The notes: generated from the letters alone by a model not told the origin. Counted from the stretch's first letter, positions 1 to 12,795 are shown. The stretch is 64,000 bases of DNA from Eledone cirrhosa (GCA_964016885.1 OZ024743.1:7316001-7380000); one strand, 5' to 3'. A program made the numbers and translations.

Positions 1-190
1 TAGAAGGCTCGTTAGGCCAGTGCTTAAACCACAGGGTTAAACCCTCAGCTATTGCTGGTACTCATTTTCAGACTGGAGCAACGTGAAATGAAGTGTTTTG
101 CTCAAGAACACAACACACAACCCAGCCCAGTAATCAAACCCATGACATTATGATTGTAAGTCCAACACCCTTACCACTAGGCCACGCACC
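1..190 (-). mobile_element. tRNA-derived SINE fragment
   Basis: Minus strand GTGGCCTAGTGGTAAG A-box-like head, then the TGTGTTCTTGAGCAAAACACTT body; related copies at ~6745-6900 and ~41370-41480. Confidence 0.7.
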
Positions 191-331
191 TGCTACTTAA
201 GCCAACAAAATTTTTTTTACATCTAAAATATATTTTGACAAAGAAATTACAGAAATATATTCAATAACTTTCATTTTTATATTAATTTGATTACAATAAG
301 TAATATGAAATATAACTAAGGAAAGAAACTA

Positions 332-550
332 CCATGTATACTCGAATATAAGCCAAGGAATATGTGACCAAAAATCGATGGTAAAATTGGGGGAATGGGG
401 GAGGTCGGCTTATATTCGGGGTCAATATTTTGATGATTTTCACCAACTTCAAATTTTACATAAATAAGCTTTGGATATTTGCCCATTCCTCAGACATAAA
501 ATAGTGGGCTGAGCTTATATTCGTATTGGCTTATATTCCAGCATATACAG
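332..550. mobile_element. Tc1/mariner-superfamily (Tc2/pogo-like) MITE
   Basis: Imperfect ~23-bp TIRs CCATGTATACTCGAATATAAGCC / GGCTTATATTCCAGCATATACAG flanked by TA. Confidence 0.6.
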
Positions 551-576
551 TAATATGTACAGTAATACATGCTTAC

Positions 577-701
577 AGGGACTTTTTGGTAAAATAGAAG
601 ATTATAAAAGATCTTAGAGATGTTGGCTCTTAGACCATGAAACTCATCCAAGGTACTTGATGCATTTAGCATATTCTTTTCAATTAGAAAGTGGCATATC
701 T
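577..701 (-). CDS. EIF2AK1: HRI/EIF2AK1-like N-terminal domain exon (EICHFLIEKNMLNASSTLDEFHGLRANISKIFYNLLFYQKVP); gene continues beyond the left edge
   Basis: ttattttccag acceptor, GTAAGC donor, phase 1-0; resembles HRI [25 protein letters not shown]. Confidence 0.8.
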
Positions 702-1356
702 CTGGAAAATAAAATTATTTATATATATTATTTATGAGTAATGACAAGATAACATGAAAAGTAGCTAGTTCAAGCATTGCTGCAGTTACTTTGTTACACC
801 TTTAGGTAACAAACATTACTTTAACCAATGCTCCTTATAATTTTTCTCATAGTGTGGAAAATTAACGTTAAACGATGATGATAATGATGAGCAGCATGTT
901 TGATGTTTTGAGTAAACATATCTTAAATTCAAAGATATTGTGCAGCAACAATTCAAGGCTCCTGAGCGGCAACATTTTGATGAGAACAACACCAGTACAT
1001 GGATGTGCAGCTTATAGGGAGCATTGATTCTGTTTCAATTTCCCAGATTAGTAATCCTCTTTTAAAGTTGATTGTTTAGCACTAAGGAGAGCCACCAATA
1101 TAAATATTTATTCTAGCCATAAGGAAATTTGTATAAATCATCTTATTCACACTGGGATGGAATAAATAAAAAAATATCTTCTTATCATTCATAGGTTCTG
1201 AACAATAATGTATAATTTCTTTTAATGGAAATGAGCTAATGGATAGAGAGTAACTTAACATAAGTAGGTGTGGATTCAAGTTTACAAATATTAAAGTGAT
1301 AAGACAAACCTTTTCTGTAGCTCTATGCTTTTAAAATAATATCAAGAAAGAAACCT

Positions 1357-1526
1357 CCTAGTCCACACTGTAAACGTGGTTGGTGTTAGGAAGGGCATCC
1401 AGCCGTAGAAAACCCGCCAGACAGTCCTATACGAGCAGGACAACCAATCTTGCCTCAAGTGGGAAAACTCCCGTCCAAACCCATGCAAGCGTGGAACACG
1501 GACGTTAAACGTTGATGATGATGATG
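1357..1526 (+). mobile_element. RTE LINE 3' UTR fragment with (GAT)n tail
   Basis: Closely similar to 2776-2958; AGGAAGGGCATCCAGCCGTAGAAAA motif. Confidence 0.8.
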
Positions 1527-1609
1527 AAAGGATTCAAATTAGTGATGTAATGTTATCATGTTTGTCCATCATTCCATTAAGTCAAATATTTAGATTAATT
1601 GCTATATTA

Positions 1610-2958
1610 GCCTTAGCCCTCTCCTATTTATTATTGCCTTTCAGGCTATAACAGAGGAGTTCAAGACTGGCTGCCCATGGGAATTTCTCTATGTAGATGA
1701 TCTAACGCTCATAGCTGAATCGATGGCTGAACTAGAGAAGAAATTCCAAACATGGAAGCATGGCCTAGAATCAAAAGGCCTTAAAATTAACTTGTCTAAG
1801 ACTAAAGTTCTAGTATGTAGGAAGGAAAATAGGGCACAGGTCCCCTCTGGGAAATGGACATACTCAGTGTGTAGGAAAGAAGTAGGCAGAAATTTCATTT
1901 TATGTCCCAAATACAAAGTATGGGTGCATAAAAGATGTAGTGGGATCACAGGTAAGCTATCTAAGAACGTAGATTTTATATGTGGCCGGTGCTCAGGTGC
2001 AATAAGTAGCAAGCGCCCACAGGATACTAGCTCCTTCTATTGCCCAGATAGCTCTATAGAAATAGTGGACACCTTCCGTCACAAAATCAACAGCGGTGAA
2101 GGGTGCTCAGAAAGTAAAGTAGCCAGAGTCAGAACGGGATGGAAAAAGTTCAGAGAGCTTATACCACTATTGGCCGCTAAAGGTTTCTCGCTAAAAATGA
2201 AAGGCAGACTGTATGATGCCTGCATACGAACAGCAATGTTACATGGCAGTGAGACTTGGGCATTGTGTGCAGAGGATCTGCGCAGACTGGAGAGGAACGA
2301 AGCATGCATGCTCCGCTGGATGTGTAATAATAATATATGTGAACAGCAAAGCATAAATGAACTAAGTGAGAAATTAGGAATAAGAGGGATCAGATGCTGT
2401 TTACTCGAGAGAAGACTACGTTGGTATGATCACGTGTTGCGCATGAAAGACGACAGCTGTATAAAAAAGTGCAGGGCGATCCAAATGGATGGAAGTTACG
2501 GACTAGGCAGACCCAGAAAAACCTGGGATGATTCGATAAATTCCGACCTTACACACTTTCACCTCTCTAAGACAATGTCACTGGACCGAGATCTTTGGCC
2601 CTACGCAGTAATACAGAAAACCTGTCTTGCCTAAGTACAAAGTGAAACCTACAGTCAGTAGGCACCTCTTAATCAAATATACACCCCCATCCCACTACCC
2701 CAACTCCCCCACCCCTTTCTCTGTAAAATTATGTTGATACCACAACATCTAGTCCTAAATAAATGTGGCCGTGTAGGTGTCACAACAAAAAAACCTCCCA
2801 GTCCACACTGTAAATGTAGTTGGTGTTAGGATGAGCATCCAGCCGTAGAAAACCTGCAAGACAGTCCTATATGAGCGAGACGACCAATCTTGCCTCAAGT
2901 GGGACAATTCCCGTCTAAACCCATGTTAGTGTGGAAGATAAACGATGATGATGATGAT
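1610..2958 (+). mobile_element. 5'-truncated RTE-clade LINE (RT C-terminal half, ORF 1723-2634)
   Basis: LYVDDL, GLKINLSKTKVL, MLHGSETW, RRLRWYDHVLRM, GRPRKTW motifs; (GAT)n tail. Confidence 0.9.
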
Positions 2959-3389
2959 TAGATATTTCACAAATAGATATCTTTCCTAACATTAAGCACT
3001 CACTGTGAGAGGAAAAAGCATCTCTTCTTAACTGAGAAATGCTATTGACAGAGTTTGATTCAATAGTATAGCTTGCGTAACAGCTAGACTGAAATAATAT
3101 TTAGAATAAAGGAACAACAAAAACCTGTATGTGGTGCCTCTGAGCCTATCAAATTGATATTGATTTTATTGCCCAAGTTAATAATATTGACAGTAAAATG
3201 GTTTGAACTAGTAAGCAATAATTCAGCTTCTGTATTGATTTAGAGTAAACTAATAAGAAAACATTTTTACAAACTAATCCAACCAAAGCTAGTAAGTATA
3301 AAAACAAAGCAAATAAAAACAAAGCAAACAGAAACAAGTGCACACATACACTGAAACATTAAAAGCAAAGATATGTACACTTTACTTAC

Positions 3390-3518
3390 CTTTGAATTTC
3401 CTCTCAGATGCTTTTTTATCATTTTCATGTAATGTGCAAAGAAATTCCAGCAAACTTGCCAAAATATAATCAGCTGTTGAATTTTTGTAATTCAATTGTA
3501 CTATGGAATCATCAACAA
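3390..3518 (-). CDS. EIF2AK1: HRI/EIF2AK1-like N-terminal domain exon (VDDSIVQLNYKNSTADYILASLLEFLCTLHENDKKASERKFK)
   Basis: tttgtttcag acceptor, GTAAGT donor, 129 nt open; resembles HRI LLLVSLLEHLSHVHE...SRQVFK as I recall it. Confidence 0.8.
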
Positions 3519-3554
3519 CTGAAACAAAATTTAATAACTTTTAGAAAACTTAGA

Positions 3555-3930
3555 TAAATAATAATAATAATAATGAAATTATTGTGTAAAGTGCTCAGGT
3601 GCACTACAACTCGTCAAAGGTGCATGTATAGTACATAGAATAATATACAAATGTCAGGGAAGTGAATAGTGTATGAGTCATGATATACATGTGTGTATGT
3701 GTATGGAGGGGGAACATTAGGTGTAGTGTTGGCAAATCTCAGGAAGCATGGAGGTTTTAAAGGATGCAGTGTCTCGACAGCTAACAACTGATGCAGGTAG
3801 TTTGTTCCATGCTTCAGCAACTCTGAGCGTGAAAAAATGCTTCCGAAAGTCATGGGAACTGTGCTGTTTTCTGACTTTGTGGGCATGCCCACGTGTGTTA
3901 GACACATGGAAATCAAAAAAGTTTGGCAAT
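3555..3930 (-). mobile_element. CR1 LINE 3' fragment
   Basis: NTRGHAHKV...FFTLRVAEAWNKLP; same family as 5045-6262; (TAT)n tail. Confidence 0.9.
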
Positions 3931-3934
3931 ATAA

Positions 3935-4260
3935 ATCATCATCATCATCGTCAAACGTCTATCTTTTATGCTAGCATGGGTTAGACAGGTTTGTCCCATT
4001 TAGAAGCAAGTTGGGTTGGATGACTGTGTCTTGCTCATATAGGACTGTTTCTGGCTGGTTTTCTACGGCTGGATGCCTTTCCTAACGGCAATCACATTTA
4101 CAGTGTGGGCTGGGTGCTTTTTGCTGTGTCTATTACACGACCACTTTACAGTGTGGACTGGGTGCTTTTTGCTGTGTCTATTACACGACCTCTTTACAGT
4201 GTGGGCTGGGTGCTTTTTGCCGTGTCTATTACACGACCACTTTACAGTGTGTGCTGGATG
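3935..4260 (-). mobile_element. RTE-type 3' UTR element with an internal ~49-bp tandem triplication
   Basis: Reverse complement of the RTE tail; unit TTTACAGTGTGGGCTGGGTGCTTTTTGCTGTGTCTATTACACGACC x3. Confidence 0.75.
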
Positions 4261-4333
4261 TATATATTCTGAAATCAATCTTTTGATTTAATAAGCCAGA
4301 AATCCCAAAGTAGCAAATTAACTAAAACATTAA

Positions 4334-4540
4334 CCCTTTAACATTTACATTACTCTATATTTACTAATGTGTTTTCATGATAAACACTTTATCTCACATA
4401 ATTATCTAACATAATATTGAATATGAGATTTCAATAATTTTTATTTTGAGAACAATACCTTAACATCAGAATGAGTGGCTAGTTACGGCTGGTTTGAAAA
4501 GAAAGAGGTGATAGATATGGCCAGTTTAAGCGCTAAAGGG
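4334..4540. mobile_element. piggyBac-type MITE, copy 1
   Basis: TTAA-CCCTTTA...TAAAGGG-TTAA; homologous to 6992-7195. Confidence 0.8.
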
Positions 4541-4596
4541 TTAAAGAAGAACAAGAAAAAAATATAAACAAAACTTTATTTTTTTTTACAAAAGAG

Positions 4597-4790
4597 ATGT
4601 GGTGACCTTGGCTCTAGGACCACCTCCCTACTTACCACCATCAGCACGGAGTTGGCTACCTGCTGGGGTGAGCCGTGCGAGCTGGAATGGCTCTTCCAAC
4701 GCATCTCTCCCACCATCCTCCGGGGAAATACTTTGTCTATTCTGTCTGCTGGGGTGGCCAGCATGTGTACCCCCATTTGTTTATAATAGT
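4597..4790 (+). mobile_element. CRE-clade non-LTR retrotransposon 3' fragment (C-terminus of restriction-like endonuclease)
   Basis: Frame reads GEPCELEWLFQRISPTILRGNTLSIL, matching the QR(L/I)SxxxxRGN motif. Confidence 0.65.
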
Positions 4791-5044
4791 GAGAGACAGA
4801 GGCAGTAACAATACTAGCATTGCTGAAGCAGCTTACATGGTACATGATAAAAATAGCTATCAAAGCTAGATACAGATCATGTAAGAGAACTATTGTAAAG
4901 AGATGTTTAGTAAGAATGAACAGCCAATGCCCATTCTTATTAAATTTCCTTATGTAACTTTTGATATTACTTTCCAACACATTTGTACTTTAATGTATTT
5001 AGTAACAAACTAACTAGGGAGTTACTATTTAGTTGTATGAATTG

Positions 5045-6094
5045 CTAGTGTACCACAGGGATCTGTTCTTGGTCCCCTTTTGTTTGTGGCATATATTAAT
5101 GACATAGATGCCAACTTACAGAATGCCACGGTACTGAAATATGCAGATGACATCAAGCTGTACCTTGAAATCAAAAGGACTGATCCTGAAATCTACAACT
5201 CTTTCCTACAATCAGACCTGGACACAATGCAGCAATGGATCACAGACTGGCAACTGAAGCTGGCTGTGGACAAGTGTACCACCATGCATTTTGGGAGGAA
5301 AAATCCAGCGTCCACATACTCCCTCCACAACACTGATATCAAGAAGTCCTCTTGTGAACGTGACCTGGGCATTACTGTCAGCAGCGATTTGCGTTGGACA
5401 AAGCATGTCTCTAAGATTGTCAAGAAGGCCGAGGGTGTCTTGGCATCACTCAGCAAGACCTTTGTTAGCCGCTCTCCAGCTATCTATTTAAAACTGTATA
5501 CAGCTATGGTACGACCACACTTGGAATTCGCATCATCAGTCTGGAACCCCTATCTTGCTCAGAACATTGACCTCCTGGAAACTGTTCAGAGACGTGCAAC
5601 CAAGCGCATACCCTCCATCAGACACCTACCATACTCTGAACGCCTTGCTTCCCTGGGCATGGATTCATTGAAGCTCCGACGTCTGGCAATGGACTTGGTA
5701 AATACCCACAAAGTTATTAACCATCTCGCCAATTGCAACCCTGAGCGCCTCTTTGATCTCCATGTGTCTAACACACGTGGACATGCCTACAAAGTCAGAA
5801 AACAGCACAGCTCCCATGACTTTCGTAGACATTTTTTCACGCTCAGAGTTGCTGAAGCATGGAACAAACTGCCTGCGTCAATTGTTAGCTGCCGAGACAC
5901 TGCATCCTTTAAGACACTCATGCTTCCCGAAATACGCCAAAACTACACCTGATGTACCCCTTCCATACACATGCACACATCTGTGTATCATGACTCGTGC
6001 ACTGTTCATTTTTGTGATGTTTGTGCATTGCCCTATGTACTGTACATGCACTTTTTGATGAGTTGTGGTGCACCTGGGCACTGTACACAATATT

Positions 6095-6142
<48 letters not shown>

Positions 6143-6262
6143 CATGACTCATACACTGTTCATTTTCCTGACATTTGTACATTATTCTATGTACTATACA
6201 TGCACCTTTGATGAGTTGTAGTGCACCTGAGCACTGTACACAATAATTTCATTATTATCATT
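5045..6262 (+). mobile_element. 5'-truncated CR1 LINE (RT ORF 5080-5952) with duplicated 3' UTR
   Basis: VPQGSVLGP, YADDIK, ERDLGI, VRPHLEFA, TRGH motifs; (TAT)n tail at 6097-6139, then a second 3' UTR copy. Confidence 0.92.
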
Positions 6263-6991
6263 AAAAAGCAACAAAATCTCTCTTACATCAAATCCCAACA
6301 TCTTAGACAATGAAGGATACATTGGATAATGCAATCCTACATTAAAAAGATGGAATGGTCATGGCTGGAATTAAAGTTGACCTGTTTAGATGGTGTATGG
6401 AATATCTATGTACTAGTTAAGGGGCATTATGTATGTTATATTATTAGTATTATTAGGATGTAATCTGTGAGTCAAAGGATTGTGTTTGGATTGTAGTCTT
6501 GTTTCTTCTATCATTGTAGTACAAATGTTGGCAAAGTGATGAAAGTTTTCACACACATAAAACCAATTTTAAGCTTTTTGTGTTTACTGTAAAATATTCA
6601 TTGTTTCCATGTTTTATGGTTAAGGTGTTTAAGAGGAAAGTACTAAAAATATATTTTGGTCTCTTGAATTACGTTTTGTTGTTTTTTGGATATGGTCAGG
6701 AAAAGTCTGCCTGCATGTGTATGAGATTGGTGCTCAGTGCAAGCCTGGCTGTGGTGAAGTTAACAAGTTTACTTAGGAACCACATGGTTTCAGGTTCAGT
6801 CACACTGTGTAGCATATTAATCAAGTTTTTTTCTATTACACTCACAGGTTGACTAATGCCTTATGAGTGAATTTGGGAAACAGAAATTGTCAGAAGCCAG
6901 TATAATTCTTCCCAAAGACTTTAGTAGTGTCCACCAACCCACCAACCCAATAGCAATATAAGACCACCCAAAACCACTCTTATCTCATTAA

Positions 6992-7195
6992 CCCTTTAGC
7001 ATTTACATTATATTTACTATTGTATTTTTGTGGTAAAGGCTTTATCTTACATTATTATTTCACATAATATCGAATTTATGAGATTTTGATGTTATTTATT
7101 TTGAGAACAATACCTTAACATCAGTATGAGTAGCCAGTTATGGCTAAATTGAACAGAAAGAGGAGGAGGATACAGCCAGTTTAAATGCTAAAGGG
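6992..7195. mobile_element. piggyBac-type MITE, copy 2
   Basis: TTAA-CCCTTTAGCATTTA...TAAATGCTAAAGGG-TTAA. Confidence 0.85.
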
Positions 7196-7243
7196 TTAAA
7201 ATATAAAATTTGTCTAAATTTTCTTTAAGTAAAGCAGACTTAC

Positions 7244-7297
7244 CATTAAACTTCTTTATCTTTTTAATATCTTTCATTGCAAACAAAGATTGCAGAT
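7244..7297 (-). CDS. EIF2AK1: HRI/EIF2AK1-like coding exon (DLQSLFAMKDIKKIKKFN)
   Basis: ttattcttcag acceptor, GTAAGT donor, 54 nt, phase 1-1, in frame with 3390-3518. Confidence 0.65.
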
Positions 7298-8656
7298 CTG
7301 AAGAATAAAATGAAATTCAGGTTGGTAAAACAATGTTAAAACGATGTACTTTGATATGTTTTAACCAGTATTGGTCTATGCTATGTCTAACATAATAGCA
7401 TCACCTGTACTAATTAAAATTTCAAAGAATAACATATATAACTTGATGTATTGAACTAAATCTTCATATTAATCAGTTTCTGTCAGAATTACTACTAGTA
7501 GTCAGGTATTTTTTATATATCACACAAAGATGGATTAATAATAAAGAATGTCATAGGTGTCCAACAATTAAATGATTGTTAAATGTTGCCTTTTAAGTGG
7601 GATACCTCAAGTAATTACGTATCTACTGCTATAATCCAAATGTAGGTACTTTTTAAGGCAACGGTTGTACATCTTTATTTTTACATCATATTAAATTCCA
7701 AATAATGTGCAAAGAGAGAAAATTAAAAAAAATGAAGTGATAAATTGTAACCATCATGCATTTCTTAAGTCTGGGGTCGTCAACCTTTTGCAGTGTCTCG
7801 TCAGTGGGCCGTGATATCAAATAAGTAATGAGAACATATGTAAAAACAAATACAGTAATATGATAAAATACTGATATATTTAATAAACTGCGACAAACCC
7901 ATGGTACCTGGCAGTGTATTTAGATCAAGGTTGCCATTTGTTTGATGAAAAAATTTACTTCTAATGATACTGAACACTTTTAACATAGAAAAATAAATAA
8001 ACATTGATTATTATCGAATACAGTCACTTACAGATGTTTTACTACCAGACAGGAAACTCAAATGAAACATTTTGAGGATTAAATGAAATAACTGTATGTC
8101 AGACACGCTGACTTGTTTTAGGTAAGTCTGGGTTATTCCACATCTCTGCCATATACATACTATGTATATATGTATATATACATGAATACACAGTCCCCTT
8201 GACTTCGATGTCTGACTATTCTATCTGTCTGGGTTTGATTGTTTGTTACAGCCACGCAAAAAAAATTACTTTCAACTAAGTGAGTCTTGTGACTAGACGT
8301 GTTCTTTAGTCGGTATTCTAATCCAAAATAATTCAGAGTACTTTTTCAGGGAACACTTAACCTAAGATTGAAACCTGTTGGCGGGCCAGACAAAAAGGCC
8401 GGGGGGTTGCTGACCTCTGTCTTAAGTCATGGTATTGGTAGGAAAAGTCTAAGTTGCATGCGGATGGCACTTGTGTATGAAAGGAGTAAAAGGTGGTATA
8501 ATGAAGACAGTTCTGAGGTGACGATAAGCACATGGCTGATCTACACAAGGAAGATTATGGGGGACATAACTGAACCTTGGAGGCACATAAAGATACAACC
8601 TTGTAGATACAGAAAATAAATTAATAAAATTATTATAAAATATTTAAGGTACCAAC

Positions 8657-8678
8657 CATTAGTTTTTACCACTTCCAT
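8657..8678 (-). CDS. EIF2AK1: HRI/EIF2AK1-like kinase, probable first coding exon (MEVVKTN; exon 8657-8702)
   Basis: ttttcag acceptor ending at 8703, ATG at 8678, donor GTTGGT; phase 1 joins in frame to the 7244-7297 exon. Confidence 0.5.
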
Positions 8679-9452
8679 AGAAGCAATCCTTTTGTTTGAC
8701 ACCTGAAAATATATACACAGATTGAGTTAAGATGGAGTAAGTGTGGACAAAGAGGAGACACAGAGGGCAAGAATCACCAATAAGATCACAGGCTGTGATA
8801 AAAGGACTTTGACAATTAATTAGTTGATTAACAAACTGATTGATGGATCAATCACCTGATTAATAATATATAAGAAGTGAAGCTGAACTAGTGCATGAAT
8901 TTTGATTGGCAGCATGACCCACCTAAAATATATACAAATAAAAAGACAGCTATGAACTGTAGACTGATATATACATATTTATATAATTTTCATATTTAAT
9001 TTCAGAAGTTAGGAGAAAACATTTCAATCATGCACCCCAACATGGTCACAGTCTAATGACTAAAACAAATAAAAGAGTAGAAGAGTATCAAAAATGAAAT
9101 TAATATTAAGTCAATAAGCTAGTGCCAATATTGATTATTGAATACTTGAGAATGTGTCCTGCTCATACTCTATCTATTGACATGTACCAGATACTCTCTC
9201 CAGGATTTATCTAGTGACAACAAGCTAGAGCTAAACCACATAGAGCTGATTAATACTGTTGATCACAACTCTGTCGTAGGAAACAAATACATTGAAATTC
9301 AAAATCCCATCCAGAATAACCTACAAGAAGTCCAAGACCCATACTTCAAGGCAGGCCTGACAACAGATTAGAAGTCATTGGGGACATTCCAGGATTCTAG
9401 AAACTGCAGTATCTTAATTGTTTTATCTATTCATGACTTTATATATATATAT

Positions 9453-9578
9453 ATAGGAAAAAGTATGACTCCGACGGCAGAGCTCAAGTCGTTTCGACGG
9501 CTATTTCTGGACTCCAGAGTCCAGAAATAGCCGTCAAAACGGCTTGAGCTCTGCCGTTGGGGTCATACTTTTTCCTAT
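9453..9578. repeat. 62-bp-arm palindrome containing the 3' half of a hammerhead (inverted pLTR remnant)
   Basis: Arms centred at 9515-9516 with a few mismatches; arm consensus GAAA-CGGC...GCCG-TC-GG. Confidence 0.75.
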
Positions 9579-10109
9579 TTCCTATTTCCCACTCTACTAC
9601 TCTAAATATTGAGTACTCTGGTGCGTTATGGTCCATCTGGTTCCTTACCACATTTCCTTTGTTATATATACCATTTATTTTTGAGACTTGAAACCGTACG
9701 GTAAAGGTAACTAAAGCAGGTACAGTGAATTTTTTAAAATTTATTCTGAAACTTTTTCTTATTTGCTAAACCTTGATTATATATGTTCTGGCTCGTTAAT
9801 TTATTAACCTGCCATAGAACCACATTGGCATATGGTTGAATAGTGCATGTGTCCCTATATGTATTTTGCATGTAGGGATAAATACTTTATTATTATTAAT
9901 CTCCCCCTGGTCGAGATAACATTTTGGTCGTTTTGACACCTACTATTTCTAGTGGCAGTGGATTGACCGTTCCGCCTCTGCCTTCTATCTTTGCACACGG
10001 CACTGGACAGAATTGCTTCTATATCATTCACTCTCATCTCAGGAACAATTTTGAATAGCGCCAGTTCGTAATTTGAACTCGGGAATTTTATATTCTCCGA
10101 GTGAAAGGA

Positions 10110-10195
10110 ACCTTCTGACGAGAGTCTTTCTTTTCAATGGATGTCCGTAAGGACTATCCATTTATTTTTGAGACTTGAAACCGTACGATAAAGGT
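10110..10195 (+). ncRNA. Type I hammerhead ribozyme in a ~590-bp element with terminal direct repeats (9671-10260)
   Basis: ACCTT-CTGACGA-GAGTCT...AGACTT-GAAA-CCGTACG(A/G)-TA-AAGGT; partial copy 487 nt upstream. Confidence 0.75.
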
Positions 10196-10256
10196 AACTA
10201 CAACAGGTATAGTGAATTTTTAAAAATTTATTTTAAAACTTTTTCTTATTTGCTAA

Positions 10257-10297
<41 letters not shown>

Positions 10298-10301
<4 letters not shown>

Positions 10302-10685
10302 GGAAAAAATGAAACGAAATTTCATTTCTCACTCTTAGTACGGCTGTTACTTAAATATAAGTATGTATACGTACATACATATATGTATACAGACGTACAG
10401 TAGTATGTATATATATATATATATATATGTACGTATGGATTCACCGAACATTTATTATAATGCCTGGTATGCTTATAAACAAACATCCCGAATTAAGCCG
10501 TACAGTGTCTAGCAACCATCGTTGCTCATTTGTTCAACACTGACAAAGGAACGCTGTACTAGTTTCAAGCTTATTAGCTATCGTCAGCAACATATACCTT
10601 CCTGCCAGATAGTTGAACGTCTGAAAGTATATACTTCCCTTATGCATATTAACGGCTGAGCAGCCTAATTTGCATATCGAGTATA
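10298..10685 (-). mobile_element. Retrozyme-like family A monomer (HHR 10552-10591)
   Basis: Minus strand TGTTG-CTGACGA-TAGCTAATAAGCTT-GAAA-CTAG-TA-CAGCG; flanked by (TA)n. Confidence 0.8.
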
Positions 10686-11145
10686 CATACTTATATATAT
10701 ATATATATAAATATATATATGAGCGTGTGTGTGTGCATGTGTATATATGTTTTCATAATTTTGTCTTAGCGCCCAATGAAAGGCCAGTGTTGAAGCAGCT
10801 CCTCCATTAGACCGTGGTAGTCATAACTGGATCCTGAAACCTAAGGTTGCATATACATGTTAAGTGTATGAAACTTTATATATATATATATAAAATTTCA
10901 TACATATATATATATATATTTTTTTTTGATGATTTAGTGTTAAAGAATAAAAACAAACGATAAAATAAAAACATATTTCAAAAAATGAGGCCCCTGAGGT
11001 TGTGTGGGCCTAAGCTGTAGGTCAAATGTAAGTCCAGCACTGATTACATCCATATATTTGTAGAAACGAACGAGCAATGACCAGAGAGAGCCCAAATCCA
11101 AAGGCACGTCACTTTCAATGATGTATTATATTACTGTGTAAAATA

Positions 11146-11337
11146 GGGCGGTGGATTGGCAGTATCAGTAGAGGGTCGTACGCCATGCTTTGACGCATAG
11201 AGTTACGGCCCTTGCCATTCTGAGTTCAAATCCCGCCGAGGTTATCTTTGCCTTTCATCCTTACGGGGTCGATAAAATAAAGTACCAGTAATGCACTGGG
11301 TAATTGCTGGCCTTGTGCCAAAAGTAGAAACAATTAT
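11146..11337 (+). mobile_element. tRNA-derived SINE with target-site duplication
   Basis: B-box GAGTTCAAATCC, core CCTTTCATCCTTACGGGGTCGATAAA, TSD TATTACTGTGTAAAAT. Other copies at ~17636, 19670, 21550-21830, 24666, 25578, 37090-37770 (several), 38647, 52422, 57285. Confidence 0.88.
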
Positions 11338-12795
11338 ATTACTGTGTAAAATCATTAGGATGCTTTTTAGTGTGGGATCAATTGTAACTTTGTTATTGAG
11401 AATACCAGGATTGTTTCTATGTTAGATTGTTCTAGATTAACAAGATTTCGAATATTACATTAACATTTTAATTTGGAAGTTGTCAATCAATCGATATATA
11501 TGTAAATCACTTTCTATTTGATATATTCTTCGTTAAGGTTTTTACATAGATTATCTACGTTGTATAAATAACATTACAAATTACTCACAATTCTTTCAGA
11601 AAATATAAACATATATAATAAATACAATTAACTATATATTTTATTATGAAGAAAAATCCGGTCGAAGTAAACTTTATCTTTTATCTTCTTGGGGCTCATA
11701 AAGTACAAGTTAAGTACTGTTGTCGACACAACCGAATTAATTGATAACCTCATGCTTAATATCTGTACATTAAAGGGAAGGCACTCTAAAATAGTTTATC
11801 CAAGTTATCCTCCTTGAATATACCATGATGTTTATTGAAGATCTACGATCGAAGGCATTAAAAGCAATCATTTCGTCATTTTGCCAGATCACTTTATCCT
11901 ACGATTTATTTTAAATTTTAAGACGATTTGAAGGATTGGGCTCTGCTAGATTTAAAATGCCCAATACACACCACGTGCCAGGATGCCGTCTCTACGACTC
12001 CCTCAGGTATTAAGGGCTCTGTTACTATTTGTACATATTAACTATTACTGGTGATAATGAAAAAGTTAGGGACATCTTTTCAAATATTGACATATTTCAT
12101 CAATGAGAAAAGAACAGTTCTAACACATACATACCATCAGTATAGTATTTTGCGAGTTATTTCCATAAGACTGGCAAGTGGTAATCATATTCTCTCCAAC
12201 TCTTGCTCATAGGGAAAGCGGACGTTGAATGATGATGCTGGTTGAGAATTTTAATATTTTCCAACTTGATGTTGCCAACAGTTAGAAGCTGTTGTGAACA
12301 AGTTATTCACATTAAAGTTTATCATCTAAGAGAATTAATAGGCAGCCACGTCTTGGATGAACCACATAAAATGTGCAGAAGTTTTAACAAATAACACTGC
12401 TTTAACAGGAGAGGGGAAAATTAAGATAACTAGGAACCTATTTAGTGGGTGGCAATCTGTGTCTCAACAACTGGCACAAATGTATTTTTGAGAGATCGTT
12501 CATGTATGATATTGCTAATGCTACCTGTCTATATATTATTTGTTAAAAAGATGTTACTAGTTCTTTTTCAATATGCCTGGCTATCTACATTGTTACTAAG
12601 GTAGGATCTTTCCCTGAAATGTCCTTAGTCTCTGTTTATAGGTTACTACATACTTAGTATGTGTATGCTGCTTAAGAAAATACATTTCTTAAAATTTTAT
12701 GTTTCAATAAATATATAATAGGAGACAACACAAAACTATATAATCAATATATCATTTACTGCGTTAAAATAACTTAATAAAATAAGTGGAAATTC

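Noticed and set aside
11146-11240. tRNA genes
   Set aside because: Only A/B-box-like SINE heads fused to SINE bodies; no full cloverleaf.
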